Counted from the stretch's first letter, positions 44,500 through 56,285 are shown. The stretch: DNA of 64,000 bases from an uncultured Chromatiaceae bacterium (GCA_964605155.1 CAZSAK010000017.1:136-64135); one strand, 5' to 3'. The notes: generated by a model from the letters alone, not told the origin. Made by a program: numbers and translations.

Positions 44500-46398
44500 T
44501 CAGCCGCGCAATGACAAGGTCAGCAACAGGGAGTTCAACCTGCTGACAAACATGGCCGGATCATCCAACTGCCCGCCTTCACTGAGCATCGCCTGATCAT
44601 AAAGGATATTCGTCCAGTCATTGAAGCGTTGCTCGTTCCCTTCTTCCTTGAGGCCTTTTACCAGCGGGTGCTGTGGATTGATCTCGAGGATCGGTTTGCT
44701 TGTGGGTACATGCTGTCCCGCCGCCTCGAGAATCTTGCGCAGGTTGATGGCGATATCCTGATCCTCGACTACCAGGCAGGAAGGGTAATCCACCAGGCGA
44801 TGTGTTACCCGCACCTCCTTGACCTTGTCGCCCAGGGTATCCTGCATCTTCTTGACCATATCCTTGTAATCATCCGCCGCCTTGTCCAGCTGTTTCTTTT
44901 CTTCGTTGTCTTCCAGCTTGCCCAGTTCCAGGTCGCCCTTGGCAACGGATTGTAACTGCTTGCCGTCATACTCGGTCAGGTAGGACATCATCCATTCATC
45001 GATACGGTCATGAAGTAACACTACCTCAATGCCCTTTTTACGGAACACCTCGAGATGGGGACTGCTCTTTGCCGCGGCGAAGGTTTCGGCGGTGACGTAA
45101 TAGATCTTTTCCTGTCCCGCCTTCATGCGCTCGATGTAATCATCGAGAGAGACGTCCTGGACATCGGTGTCGTTATGAGTCGATGAAAAGCGCAACAGTT
45201 TTGCGATACGTTCCCGGTTGTTATGATCCTCGACCGGGCCCTCTTTCATCACCCGCCCGAATTCCTGCCAGAATTCTGCATATTTTTCCTTGTCGTTTTT
45301 GGCCATGTTCTCCAGCAGGCCAAGCACCTTCTTCACCGATGCATTGCGTATGGTGTCGATCTGCTTGTTATGTTGCAGTATCTCGCGCGATATATTCAGC
45401 GGCAGATCATCGGAATCGATCACACCGCGTACAAAACGCAGGTAATTGGGCATCAGCTGGTCGGCGCCATCCATGATAAACACCCGGCGCACATACAGCT
45501 TGAGGCCATGGCGCTGATCACGGTCCCACAGATCGAACGGCGCGCGCCTGGGAATAAACAGCAATGATATGTAGGACTGTTTGCCCTCTACATGGGAATG
45601 GACATGGGCCAGGGGCTCTTCGAAGTCGTGAGCGACATGCTTATAGAACTCATTGTACTCCTCATCTTTGATATCCTGCTTGTTGCGCGCCCACAATGCC
45701 GAGGCATGGTTAATGGTCTCATCTTCACCCTTCTTGTCCTTGTCTTCCGATTGCATGACGATCGGCAGCGATATATGGTCGGAATACTTTCTGATAATCC
45801 CGCGCAGCCGGTAACCATCAAGGAATTCATCTTCATCGTTGCGCAGGTGCAACACGATGTCGGTACCGCGCGACGCTTTCTCGACCGTCTCCAGTGTATA
45901 ATTTCCCTCGCCCCGTGACTCCCAGCGTACGCCGTGTTCGGGACCGAGCCCTGCGCGACGCGTGGTGACAGTCACCTTGGCCGCAACGATAAATGCCGAA
46001 TAAAATCCGACCCCGAATTGCCCGATCAGCCTGGCGTCACTGGCCTGATCTCCGGTGAGCGACTGAAAAAACTGCTGGGTACCTGATTTCGCGATGGTAC
46101 CGATATTGTCCATCACCTCATCGCGGTTCATCCCGATACCGTTATCACTGACGGTGATGGTGCGTTTCTTCTTGTCATAGGACACGCGCACCTTGAGATC
46201 GGCATCCCCTTCATACAGTGCGTCATCGGTCAGGGCCTCGAAACGCAATTTATCGCACGCATCCGAGGCATTGGAGATCAGCTCCCTGAGGAAAATCTCC
46301 TTGTTGGAATAGAGAGAATGGATCATCAACTGCAGCAGCTGACTGACCTCGGTCTGAAAATCCAGGGTTTCTTTATGTGCCTCAACAGTGCTGCTCAT
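44500..46398 (-). CDS. htpG: Chaperone HtpG (Hsp90)
   Basis: [36 protein letters not shown]. Confidence 0.98.
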   Translation of the reverse strand: MSSTVEAHKETLDFQTEVSQLLQLMIHSLYSNKEIFLRELISNASDACDKLRFEALTDDALYEGDADLKVRVSYDKKKRTITVSDNGIGMNRDEVMDNIGTIAKSGTQQFFQSLTGDQASDARLIGQFGVGFYSAFIVAAKVTVTTRRAGLGPEHGVRWESRGEGNYTLETVEKASRGTDIVLHLRNDEDEFLDGYRLRGIIRKYSDHISLPIVMQSEDKDKKGEDETINHASALWARNKQDIKDEEYNEFYKHVAHDFEEPLAHVHSHVEGKQSYISLLFIPRRAPFDLWDRDQRHGLKLYVRRVFIMDGADQLMPNYLRFVRGVIDSDDLPLNISREILQHNKQIDTIRNASVKKVLGLLENMAKNDKEKYAEFWQEFGRVMKEGPVEDHNNRERIAKLLRFSSTHNDTDVQDVSLDDYIERMKAGQEKIYYVTAETFAAAKSSPHLEVFRKKGIEVVLLHDRIDEWMMSYLTEYDGKQLQSVAKGDLELGKLEDNEEKKQLDKAADDYKDMVKKMQDTLGDKVKEVRVTHRLVDYPSCLVVEDQDIAINLRKILEAAGQHVPTSKPILEINPQHPLVKGLKEEGNEQRFNDWTNILYDQAMLSEGGQLDDPAMFVSRLNSLLLTLSLRG

Positions 46399-46587
46399 GG
46401 TTCCAAAACGCTCCTTTTGCCTTATTTATTAACTTGATATATATAGTAGAATTAATCCAGCCGGAATTTTATATCTTATGCACGACAAGCCTGTAAAAAG
46501 ATCGGCAACCTATTATAAAGATTGTTATTTCAGGCTCAAGTCAGCTGGATTACTCGTCATTATGTATTCACCATACGCAAAACATAC

Positions 46588-46742
46588 TCAAAATTAGCGA
46601 GCGTGGGCGAGACTAGACAAAAATGAACGAGGAACCGGAGTTTACACGCAGTCTGCCACATTCGCGGCCCCGGATTCTAAGTTCATTTTTCCTCGGTACC
46701 CCCGTGGGGTGAACGCAGTATCGCCGAGCGCAGCATTTTTGA
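46588..46742. repeat. Palindromic MITE-like intergenic element, degenerate
   Basis: Imperfect terminal inverted repeats TCAAAATTAGCGAGCGTGGGCGAGACT / AGTATCGCCGAGCGCAGCATTTTTGA and inner perfect pair AAAAATGAAC (46619-28) / GTTCATTTTT (46681-90). Confidence 0.6.
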
Positions 46743-46784
46743 CCCTGTTCTGCTCGATTTCCAGTACTACCTATGATCCAATGA

Positions 46785-48446
<1,662 letters not shown>

Positions 48447-48593
48447 TGGTAATCCAGATATCCTGTCAGGTGGCTTTCCCGCCCATATGATAATCAGTAT
48501 CATGGTAGATTCAGGTTACCGGTTCGGCAATCGCAACAGGCCCCCGAAGATATTTCACACGCAACCATATTTATTCAGACTTTTTAATTATAT

Positions 48594-51002
48594 ATGCAGT
48601 ATATCCGCCGCTTCTCCGAACTGAACATGGACGATGTGCCGCTGGTAGGCGGCAAGAATGCATCGCTGGGTGAGATGTACAGCTCGCTATCATCGCTGGG
48701 CATCAAGGTTCCCAACGGCTTCACCATCACCGCGGACGGTTACCGCCACTTCATCGAGCATAATCAGCTGCAGGACAAGATCGACGAGACCCTGTCGAAG
48801 CTGGATACCCATAACTACACCTCGCTCGCCGCCGCGGGTGCGTCCATTCGCGAAGGAATCATGCACGGTGACATGCCCGATGACCTGGTCGAGGAGATCT
48901 TCCGGGGCTACGATGAACTGGCACAGGAATACGGCGACAATCCGGATGTCGCGGTGAGGAGTTCCGCCACCGCCGAAGACTTGCCCGGCGCCTCATTCGC
49001 GGGACAACAGGAGACCTATCTCAATATCCGCGGCAGGAAGAACCTGGTATCGACCTGCCGCCAGGTGTTCGCCTCGCTGTTTACCGACCGCGCCATCTCC
49101 TACCGGGTAGACAAGGGCTTTGCCGACATGGATATCGCGTTGTCGATCGGAATACAAAAGATGGTGCGCTCGGATATCGGCTGCTCCGGTGTGATGTTCA
49201 CCATCGACACCGAAACGGGATTTCGCGATGTCGTCTTTATCACCGCTGCATACGGCCTCGGCGAAAACATCGTCCAGGGCAAGGTGAATCCAGATGAGTT
49301 TTATGTCTTCAAGCCCACGCTGGAAAAGGGCTGCAGGCCGATTCTCAAACGCCAGCTCGGTGACAAGGCCATCAAGATGATCTACACCAGCGACTCTATC
49401 GCGGGGATCTCGACACGCAATGTCCATGTGCAACGCGAGGGCCGCGAGAAATTTGCCCTCACCGACGACGAGGTGCTGGAACTGGCACGCTACGGCGTCA
49501 CGATCGAAAATCATTACTCAAAACGCGCAGGGAAACCCATGCCAATGGATATCGAATGGGCCAGGGACGGCGAGACAAATGAACTGTTTATCCTGCAGGC
49601 GCGCCCGGAAACGGTGCAGGCGAGCGCCGACACCCACTTCCGTGAAACCTTTACGCTGAAGACCCGTGGCAATGTACTCGCTACAGGCAAGAGTGTCGGG
49701 CAACGGATCGCCACGGGCAACGCGCGCGTGATACTGGAGGCGGCACAGATGGGTGAACTCAAGCCCGGCGAGATACTGGTATCCGATATCACCGACCCGG
49801 ACTGGGAACCGGTAATGAAGATCGCTGCGGGGATCGTCACCAACCGCGGCGGGCGCACCTGTCATGCCGCGATCGTCGCGCGGGAACTCGGCATCCCCGC
49901 CGTCGTCGGTTGCGGCGATGCTACCCAGGTTATCAATTCCGGCCTGCCGGTCACCGTCTCATGTGCCGAGGGTGATACCGGTTACATCTATGAAGGTGCA
50001 CAGGAATTCGAAAAGAACCGCATCGACCTGACGGACATCAAGCAACTCAAGACACGGATCATGGTCAATATCGCCAACCCTGAGCAGGCATTCGATGTCT
50101 CGAGGCTACCCTGTGACGGCGTGGGTCTGGCACGTCTTGAGTTCATCATCAACACCAGCATCCGTATCCATCCCCGTGCCCTCATCGAATATGACACACT
50201 CGACAAGGATACCCGGAAAAAGATTGACCGGATCACCGCCGGCTACCCCGACCGCAAGACCTTTTATATCCAGCGACTTGCTGAAGGAGTCGGGATGATC
50301 GCGGCGGCCTTCCATCCCAGGCAGGTCATCGTCCGCTTCAGCGACTTCAAGTCCAACGAATACGCATCCTTGATCGGCGGTGGCGGATTCGAGCCGACAG
50401 AAGAAAACCCGATGATCGGCTTCCGCGGCGCGGGTCGCTATTTCTCGGAACAGTTCGAGGAATGTTTCATCCTCGAATGTCAGGCCATCAAGGCCGTTCG
50501 CGAAGAGATGGGACTTGATAACGTCTCTGTAATGATCCCATTCGTCCGCACCGTAGAAGAATCCAGGAGCGTGCTGGAACTGATGTCGAAGCAGGGCCTG
50601 AAACGCGGTGAACACGGTCTTGATATCTACATGATGTGCGAGATACCCGTCAACGCCCTGCTGGCCGGAGAATTCCTCGAGAATTTCGACGGCTTTTCCA
50701 TCGGGTCAAATGACCTGACGCAACTGACACTGGGCGTCGATCGCGATTCGAGCATCGTCACCAGTTTCGACGAACGCAACCCCGCTGTATTGATACTGAT
50801 GGAAATGGCCATCAAGGCCTGCAAGAAGGAGAACAAGTATGTCGGTATCTGTGGACAGGCGCCGTCCGACTATCCCGAGATCGCAAGGTGGCTGGTGCAA
50901 CACGACATCGATTCGATATCGCTCAACCCGGACAGCGTGCTTTCGATTACCCAGGTCATTAACGACATCGAACAGCAGGCACACCACAAGAAATCAAATT
51001 GA
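48594..51002 (+). CDS. ppsA: Phosphoenolpyruvate synthase
   Basis: VGGKNASLGEM, AVRSSATAEDLP, GGRTCHAAIVARE, SIGSNDLTQ. Confidence 0.97.
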   Translation: MQYIRRFSELNMDDVPLVGGKNASLGEMYSSLSSLGIKVPNGFTITADGYRHFIEHNQLQDKIDETLSKLDTHNYTSLAAAGASIREGIMHGDMPDDLVEEIFRGYDELAQEYGDNPDVAVRSSATAEDLPGASFAGQQETYLNIRGRKNLVSTCRQVFASLFTDRAISYRVDKGFADMDIALSIGIQKMVRSDIGCSGVMFTIDTETGFRDVVFITAAYGLGENIVQGKVNPDEFYVFKPTLEKGCRPILKRQLGDKAIKMIYTSDSIAGISTRNVHVQREGREKFALTDDEVLELARYGVTIENHYSKRAGKPMPMDIEWARDGETNELFILQARPETVQASADTHFRETFTLKTRGNVLATGKSVGQRIATGNARVILEAAQMGELKPGEILVSDITDPDWEPVMKIAAGIVTNRGGRTCHAAIVARELGIPAVVGCGDATQVINSGLPVTVSCAEGDTGYIYEGAQEFEKNRIDLTDIKQLKTRIMVNIANPEQAFDVSRLPCDGVGLARLEFIINTSIRIHPRALIEYDTLDKDTRKKIDRITAGYPDRKTFYIQRLAEGVGMIAAAFHPRQVIVRFSDFKSNEYASLIGGGGFEPTEENPMIGFRGAGRYFSEQFEECFILECQAIKAVREEMGLDNVSVMIPFVRTVEESRSVLELMSKQGLKRGEHGLDIYMMCEIPVNALLAGEFLENFDGFSIGSNDLTQLTLGVDRDSSIVTSFDERNPAVLILMEMAIKACKKENKYVGICGQAPSDYPEIARWLVQHDIDSISLNPDSVLSITQVINDIEQQAHHKKSN

Positions 51003-51019
51003 TAATCCGGCGCTGCCGG

Positions 51020-51316
51020 TCAAACCAGAAAGAAAACTGAAACACCCAAAAACAGCAATATCACCCAGCCCAGCATCGCAACAGCCGCGGATGAGTTTTG
51101 TGGTGTTTTGAAATCGGACGCAAAATATGCCATGAATCCCCACGTCAGAAGATAATCTGACCAGAAGTCACTGAACCATACCATGGTACCGGCCAGCAAA
51201 ATCAGGACAGAACCGGCAAACAGCATCTCCCCTTCCCTGAAAAACACCAATCTCAGGATGATCAACAAGGCTATGCCGGCAAAGACTGTGCGACTTTCTC
51301 TCATGGTGTCAGGCAC
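51020..51316 (-). CDS. Small hypothetical membrane protein
   Basis: 98 aa with about three TM segments, fills the gap between ppsA and the motA promoter. Confidence 0.6.
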   Translation of the reverse strand: MPDTMRESRTVFAGIALLIILRLVFFREGEMLFAGSVLILLAGTMVWFSDFWSDYLLTWGFMAYFASDFKTPQNSSAAVAMLGWVILLFLGVSVFFLV

Positions 51317-51421
51317 CTTCGGTTAAATAATCTGCTTGTTTTCCAGATTTGGACAAGGCCGATGGACGTGTATCTTGTATATAGCGTCGCTGATCCGGGG
51401 AACCTGAACGGCAATACAACC

Positions 51422-51581
51422 CGGCAATCCTTGCCGTGACGGGTAAACTCATTGCGGCAATCCTTGTGCCGGTCTCGAACTCCCGCTCTAGCGATCTGGG
51501 TATGTGATCCATACCATCACAGCAATATCAACAGCTTACAAATCAATATCGCACGTCAATAAAACCTGGAACGGCGCTTGC
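51422..51581 (+). promoter_or_regulatory. Sigma54 promoter with IHF site and candidate enhancer palindromes for motAB
   Basis: TGGAACGGCGCTTGC 51567-51581 (GG-N10-GC); TATCAACAGCTTA 51526-51538 exact IHF consensus; CGGCAATCCTTG twice (51422, 51455). Confidence 0.7.
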
Positions 51582-51644
51582 AATCACACTGTTCAGCAAC
51601 GCGGTCAAACCGATGATCGCGCAACCATAAAAATGGAGAAGTGT

Positions 51645-52445
51645 ATGAATCAATCGACTCTGTTGGGATTGGGGGGCGGTTTGGCGCTGGTGATCGGCAT
51701 GATGGTGATGTCGCCGGAACACATGGGCGCATTCTTCAACCTGCCGGGCCTGATCGTGGTTCTGGGCGGAACGCTGATGGCCACCTTGATCAGCCGTCCG
51801 ATCAGGGATGTCTATGCCGTACTGCGCGGACTCCCGGGGCTGTTCAGCGACAGGCCCAGCATGCTGCATCAGGACATCAATCACCTGCTGAACTTCGCAC
51901 GCAGTTATCGTTCCTATTCCATCGAAAACGCTGAGCGACAACTGGCCAACATGGGCAATATGTTTTTGAAAAACAGCCTGCGCCGGGTACTGGATAATGA
52001 ACCCACGGAGGACCTGCTCAAATTCATGCAATGGCGTATCTCCGGGATCCGCAATACCGAACAGAACAAGGTGCAGATTCTCTATACCATGGCGACATTC
52101 GCCCCGGCCTTCGGCATGCTCGGCACCTTGTTCGGACTGATCCAGATGCTGTCGGTCATTGGCGACAGCGGCCTGAGCGAGATCGGCGGTGCCATGGCCT
52201 TCGCCATGATCACCACGGTATACGGTATCATCCTGTCCAACCTGTTCTTCAAGCCGCTCGCCATCAAGATGGAACGCCGGATGAATCACCGCATCACCCG
52301 CCTGAACGTGCTCATGGAAGGCGTGATCCAGGTCCACCAGCGCCGGCACCCGACACAGATCCTTGAAACGCTGGATGCCTATTACAGCCAGCATCAACCT
52401 GAGACGGAACCCGATAACAGGCTCACCCTTGTGAAAGAGAGCTGA
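51645..52445 (+). CDS. motA: MotA/PomA-family stator A subunit
   Basis: F.NLPGLIVVLGGT, APAFGMLGTLFGLIQML, AMITTVYG...NL.F.PLA.K; ATG at 51645 with GGAG RBS. Confidence 0.88.
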   Translation: MNQSTLLGLGGGLALVIGMMVMSPEHMGAFFNLPGLIVVLGGTLMATLISRPIRDVYAVLRGLPGLFSDRPSMLHQDINHLLNFARSYRSYSIENAERQLANMGNMFLKNSLRRVLDNEPTEDLLKFMQWRISGIRNTEQNKVQILYTMATFAPAFGMLGTLFGLIQMLSVIGDSGLSEIGGAMAFAMITTVYGIILSNLFFKPLAIKMERRMNHRITRLNVLMEGVIQVHQRRHPTQILETLDAYYSQHQPETEPDNRLTLVKES

Positions 52446-53294
52446 GTGTTGAACGCGAAACCTGACTCGATTCAACAGGCCGGTAACAATACGCCCGTCC
52501 CTTATGTCCCCGGCAGTCCACCCGGACTCGATGACAACGATTACGCCGTTGACTCGATCGTCAAACATGACAGCTGGTCAATGAGTTTCATCGACCTGCT
52601 GACACTGCTACTTGCATTATTCGTACTACTCCTGTCGTTCAAGAATGACGGCAATCCGGAAAATATACCCGTTGCTACGGCAAAGGCCACGCCTCAAACC
52701 CTGACGGTGATTCACAGCGACGAACCCATACCGGTCTCGCCGTTTGCATCCGTACCGGATGACACGCAGGCGCCTATGGTGCTGACCGAAACGGACACCA
52801 CCACGTATCCGCGCAGTGTGATCGAAGAGATCGTGGCAAAACTCACCAAGGATTACGATCAACAGGATGTCGCACACAAGGAACTGCGCATCAGCTCAGG
52901 CACCGACAGCATCAATCTCGAAATCAGCGAGGCCATCCTGTTCGCACCGGCCAGCGACAAGCTGACCGTTACGGGTAACCAGATACTCGAGCAACTGGCC
53001 GGTGTACTGGTCGAATATCCCTTCCGCCTGTCCGTCGAGGGCCATACCGATAACGTGCCCATCAACTCCGCGCAATTTCCCTCCAACTGGGAATTGTCGG
53101 CGGCGCGTGCCACCCGCGTCACGCGCCGGCTGATCGATAACGGCTTTCCCGCTGCATCGATCCGCAGCATCGGTTACGGCGACACGCGCCCGATCGCCAC
53201 TAACGATTCCCCCGAGGGACGGGCCCGAAACCGCCGCGTATCGATCGTTATGGATCTGTCGGATAATGACGTTACACGAACCGCAGGCAACTGA
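52446..53294 (+). CDS. motB: MotB/PomB-family stator B subunit
   Basis: WSMSFIDLLTLLL.LFVLL TM with conserved Asp; OmpA-like domain GHTD, NWELSAARA, GRARNRRV. Confidence 0.88.
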   Translation: MLNAKPDSIQQAGNNTPVPYVPGSPPGLDDNDYAVDSIVKHDSWSMSFIDLLTLLLALFVLLLSFKNDGNPENIPVATAKATPQTLTVIHSDEPIPVSPFASVPDDTQAPMVLTETDTTTYPRSVIEEIVAKLTKDYDQQDVAHKELRISSGTDSINLEISEAILFAPASDKLTVTGNQILEQLAGVLVEYPFRLSVEGHTDNVPINSAQFPSNWELSAARATRVTRRLIDNGFPAASIRSIGYGDTRPIATNDSPEGRARNRRVSIVMDLSDNDVTRTAGN

Positions 53295-53320
53295 ACCATC
53301 CCGACATCGATTTAGTTGCA

Positions 53321-55129
53321 TCAGTACAGATAGACCGCACCACTGCGGCTGGCCGAATTGTCGGCCTGGTCGCCTCCCATACCCGTAGCATTGCTGGCCT
53401 CGTTGTAGGCACCGACGGCCAGAATATCGCCGTCGGTTGATAGAGCGATGTCGATACCAAACTGGTCGTTCGCATCGGTGTTCGATGACTTGATGTAGGC
53501 CTGTTCTGTCCAGTTACCGCCACCATCACGGGTAAAGAGATAGACCGCGCCGCTGACGATGGCCGAGTTATTGGCTGAGTCGCCGTTGATACCGGAAGTA
53601 TTGCTGTCTTCCCGGGAGGCCCCGACGGCCAGGGTATTGCCGTCGGCGGCAAGGTCGAGACTGCTACTGAAGAAGTCACCTGCCTCTGCGTTCGATGCCT
53701 TGATGTAGGCCTGCTGACTCCAGTTCGCGCCGCTGCGGGTAAAGACATATACCGCACCGCTTTCGCCTGCCAGGTTGTCGGCCTGGTTGCCATCGATACT
53801 GGTAGCGCTGCTGTCCTCGAGGCGGGCACCGACGGCCAGTGTGTTGCCGTCGTCTGCAAGATCGACCACATAACCGAAGCGATCACCTGCCCCCGTGTTC
53901 GATGCCTTTAGGTAGGCCTGCTGACTCCAGCTTGTGCCGCTGCGGGTAAAGACATACACCGCGCCGCTATCGACAGCCGAGTTGTCGCTCTGATTACCGT
54001 CGACGCCGGTGGCGTTGCTGGCCTCGAGCTGGGCCCCGACGGCCAGGGTGTTGCCGTCGGCGGCAAGGGCTACGCTGATGCCGAAATCATCGAGCGCCCC
54101 TGTGTTCGAGGCCTTGATATAGGCCTGCTGGCTCCAGCTCGAACCGGTGCGAGTAAAGATATAGACGGCACCGCTGCCGCTGGCCGAATTGTCACTGTCA
54201 TTACCATCGATAGCGGTTGCGTTACTGTCCTCATCGGTCGCACCGACGGCCAGCGTATTGCCGTCGGCGGTAAGGGCTACGCTGGCACCGAAACGGTCAT
54301 CCACCTCCGTGTTCGAGGCCTTGACGTAGGCCTGCTGACTCCAGCTCGCACCGCTGCGGGTAAAGATATAGACAGCACCACTGCCGGTAGCGGAATTATT
54401 GTCCTGCACACCATCGATACCGGTGGCGTTGCTCGACTCGAGGTAGGCCCCGACGGCCAGCGTGTCGCCGTCGGCGGCAAGCGCGACACTGTAACCGAAA
54501 AAGTCACCGGACTCCGTGTTCGATGCCTTGATATAGGCCTGCTGGTTCCACCCGGTGTTGTCCCGGGTATAAATGTATACCGCGCCACTGAAATTGGCGG
54601 AATTGTCGGTCTGGACACTATTGATACCGGTAGCATTGCTCGACTCGGCGGTGGATCCCACAGCCAGGGTGTTGCCATCGGTGGATATGGCAACACTGAA
54701 TCCAAATTGATCATCTGCCCCGGTGTTCGATGCCTTCGCATAGCCGATCGCTTCAATCATCGTTCCGCTGACATTGACCGGTGCGGAGTCGGTGCACGTA
54801 TTGGCGTTACAGGCCTGGAGGATATAGCGGGCATTGATGCGGGCGGGAAGTGAAACCACGAGATCATGTGCTTGCGCATTGGCCTTGATTGTAGCAACGA
54901 GTGTATATCCCGAAACACTATCAGGATCTTCCAGCAAGCGGTACTCGGTCTCGCCTGTGACGTCACCCCAGCTGAAATGAAAGGTCTTGATACTCTGAAA
55001 CGTAAGGCTCAACACCGGGGCATCCGGCTCACCGGCATCACCCCCGCCGCCTCCACTGCAGGCACTGAGCAGCAACATCGACAACATCGACAACCATTCC
55101 TGCACGGAATACATGCGTGTGGGTCTCAT
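53321..55129 (-). CDS. FG-GAP (integrin-alpha-like) repeat lipoprotein
   Basis: LSAC lipobox plus Gly linker, Fn3-like domain, seven ~69 aa repeats Y.KASNT...FG.SV...DGNTLAVGA...SGAVY. Confidence 0.9.
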   Translation of the reverse strand: MRPTRMYSVQEWLSMLSMLLLSACSGGGGGDAGEPDAPVLSLTFQSIKTFHFSWGDVTGETEYRLLEDPDSVSGYTLVATIKANAQAHDLVVSLPARINARYILQACNANTCTDSAPVNVSGTMIEAIGYAKASNTGADDQFGFSVAISTDGNTLAVGSTAESSNATGINSVQTDNSANFSGAVYIYTRDNTGWNQQAYIKASNTESGDFFGYSVALAADGDTLAVGAYLESSNATGIDGVQDNNSATGSGAVYIFTRSGASWSQQAYVKASNTEVDDRFGASVALTADGNTLAVGATDEDSNATAIDGNDSDNSASGSGAVYIFTRTGSSWSQQAYIKASNTGALDDFGISVALAADGNTLAVGAQLEASNATGVDGNQSDNSAVDSGAVYVFTRSGTSWSQQAYLKASNTGAGDRFGYVVDLADDGNTLAVGARLEDSSATSIDGNQADNLAGESGAVYVFTRSGANWSQQAYIKASNAEAGDFFSSSLDLAADGNTLAVGASREDSNTSGINGDSANNSAIVSGAVYLFTRDGGGNWTEQAYIKSSNTDANDQFGIDIALSTDGDILAVGAYNEASNATGMGGDQADNSASRSGAVYLY

Positions 55130-55430
55130 GGTTTCCCCTTTCCCTGCCGGTGTGTCGGCAGTCAGACCGGATTTAACGTTACGTTTTTCAGCCCCGGGAA
55201 TAATCGGGCCGGATTACAATTACCTCTGATGCTTAACTAAAATTGTACTATGAGAATGTTTTTTTCAATCCTCACACCGGGCACAGTGGCGATTGGACTA
55301 AAGTGGGTAGGTGAAGTGGTGATTATAGCACTTGTGATGGAGTTTTGGTCCAGTCTATAGAGGAAATCCAGCCGGGATCTGGAGCCGGTTCGGCCGTCGA
55401 TTTCCCCCAGGTAATTTCTCCCAGGAAATA

Positions 55431-55459
55431 TCCCGGAGTAGCGGCTCGCCCGGGGCTAC
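55431..55459 (-). repeat. GTAG-type REP-like palindrome (single copy)
   Basis: Minus strand GTAGCCCCGGGCGAGCCGCTACTCCGGGA: GTAG tetramer followed by CCCGG/CCGGG stem. Confidence 0.4.
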
Positions 55460-55555
55460 GTCGCCGCGCTGCCGTAAATCGATTGCCGGATCAATCCGGG
55501 ATCGTCTTAATTATTCAATAAAGCCGGCTGACCGATACGACCGGTCTGTATAACA

Positions 55556-55777
55556 TCACCGGCCCCCGGTATCGCCGTTGATCTGAAATTCGTCCTTCAT
55601 CTCTTCCAGGAAGATCTCGGCTTCCATCCTGTCCACGTACGGACCCATTGGTTTACCGCCACGAATCCAGAAATACCAGCCGTTTTCCTTGCAGTCCGAC
55701 AGCGAAAGAAAGAACATCCGCTCCGTGCGAAAATAGAACGTTCTTTGACGAGATGCTGAAGAATTCATGTAACTCAT
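55556..55777 (-). CDS. Small protein, DUF6316-like
   Basis: FR.ER.F...GWYF..RGG..MGPY..R.EAE..L pattern; GAGGGGGAG RBS before ATG 55777. Confidence 0.7.
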   Translation of the reverse strand: MSYMNSSASRQRTFYFRTERMFFLSLSDCKENGWYFWIRGGKPMGPYVDRMEAEIFLEEMKDEFQINGDTGGR

Positions 55778-55810
55778 GTCACTCCCCCTCATAAATATAC
55801 TTTTTTATTG

Positions 55811-55839
55811 AAAAAAATCCCCGTTACAAGGTAACGGGG
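55811..55839 (-). terminator. Intrinsic terminator
   Basis: Perfect 9 bp stem CCCCGTTAC-CTT-GTAACGGGG then ATTTTTTT on the minus strand. Confidence 0.8.
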
Positions 55840-55934
55840 TATAAAATGAGTGTAAGTCTTAAGGAAGATAAAAGTATCTAAAACAAAACGTCAGTGACTT
55901 TAATTTAACAGGAGGCAATCAAGTGTTACGTTTG
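55811..55934 (-). ncRNA. Candidate small RNA (or terminated leader) with anti-Shine-Dalgarno motif
   Basis: Promoter TTGACA-17-TACGAT directly upstream, no ORF, CCTCCT motif, ends in CCCCGTTAC/GTAACGGGG stem plus T7; 5' end estimated. Confidence 0.55.
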
Positions 55935-55968
55935 TAATAATCGTAACACTTGTGCAAGGTCGTGTCAA
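55920..55968 (-). promoter_or_regulatory. Sigma70 promoter overlapped by 11-11-11 palindrome
   Basis: TTGACA 55968-55963, 17 nt, TGn-TACGAT 55945-55940; CAAGTGTTACG-N11-CGTAACACTTG at 55920-55952. Confidence 0.7.
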
Positions 55969-56285
55969 TCACTTCAATTAACATGTGCAATCAACTAGTT
56001 ATAGATATAGAAGATCGCATTCCCACCGTCCCCATGAGCCAACCAGGCCTGTCCATTCTCCATCAGCATCCCGTCCTGACATATCCACACCGCAAATCTC
56101 GCGATAATGATTACCTGATCTTTTACCGGGTTCGATCCGTTATCTGATCCCCCTGTTTTTTATTCCTCCGGCATGTAGGTGCGTCAATTAGTCACATACC
56201 GGACTTGCACCGTAGTTGTTATACTTGCGCGCCGATAAACAAGGCCCGCCGCATAGTGGATTTACACATTAACAGGTTATAAAGA

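Noticed and set aside
51543-52568. 341 aa ORF antisense to motA
   Set aside because: Shadow ORF; the sense strand carries clear MotA motifs and promoter
51645-53294. Zorya (zorAB) anti-phage system
   Set aside because: A subunit lacks the long cytoplasmic tail of ZorA, has classic stator motifs, and no zorC/D/E is adjacent
53321-54745. CRISPR array or DGR template/variable repeats
   Set aside because: Repeats are in-frame coding units differing mainly at synonymous sites; no spacers, cas genes or reverse transcriptase
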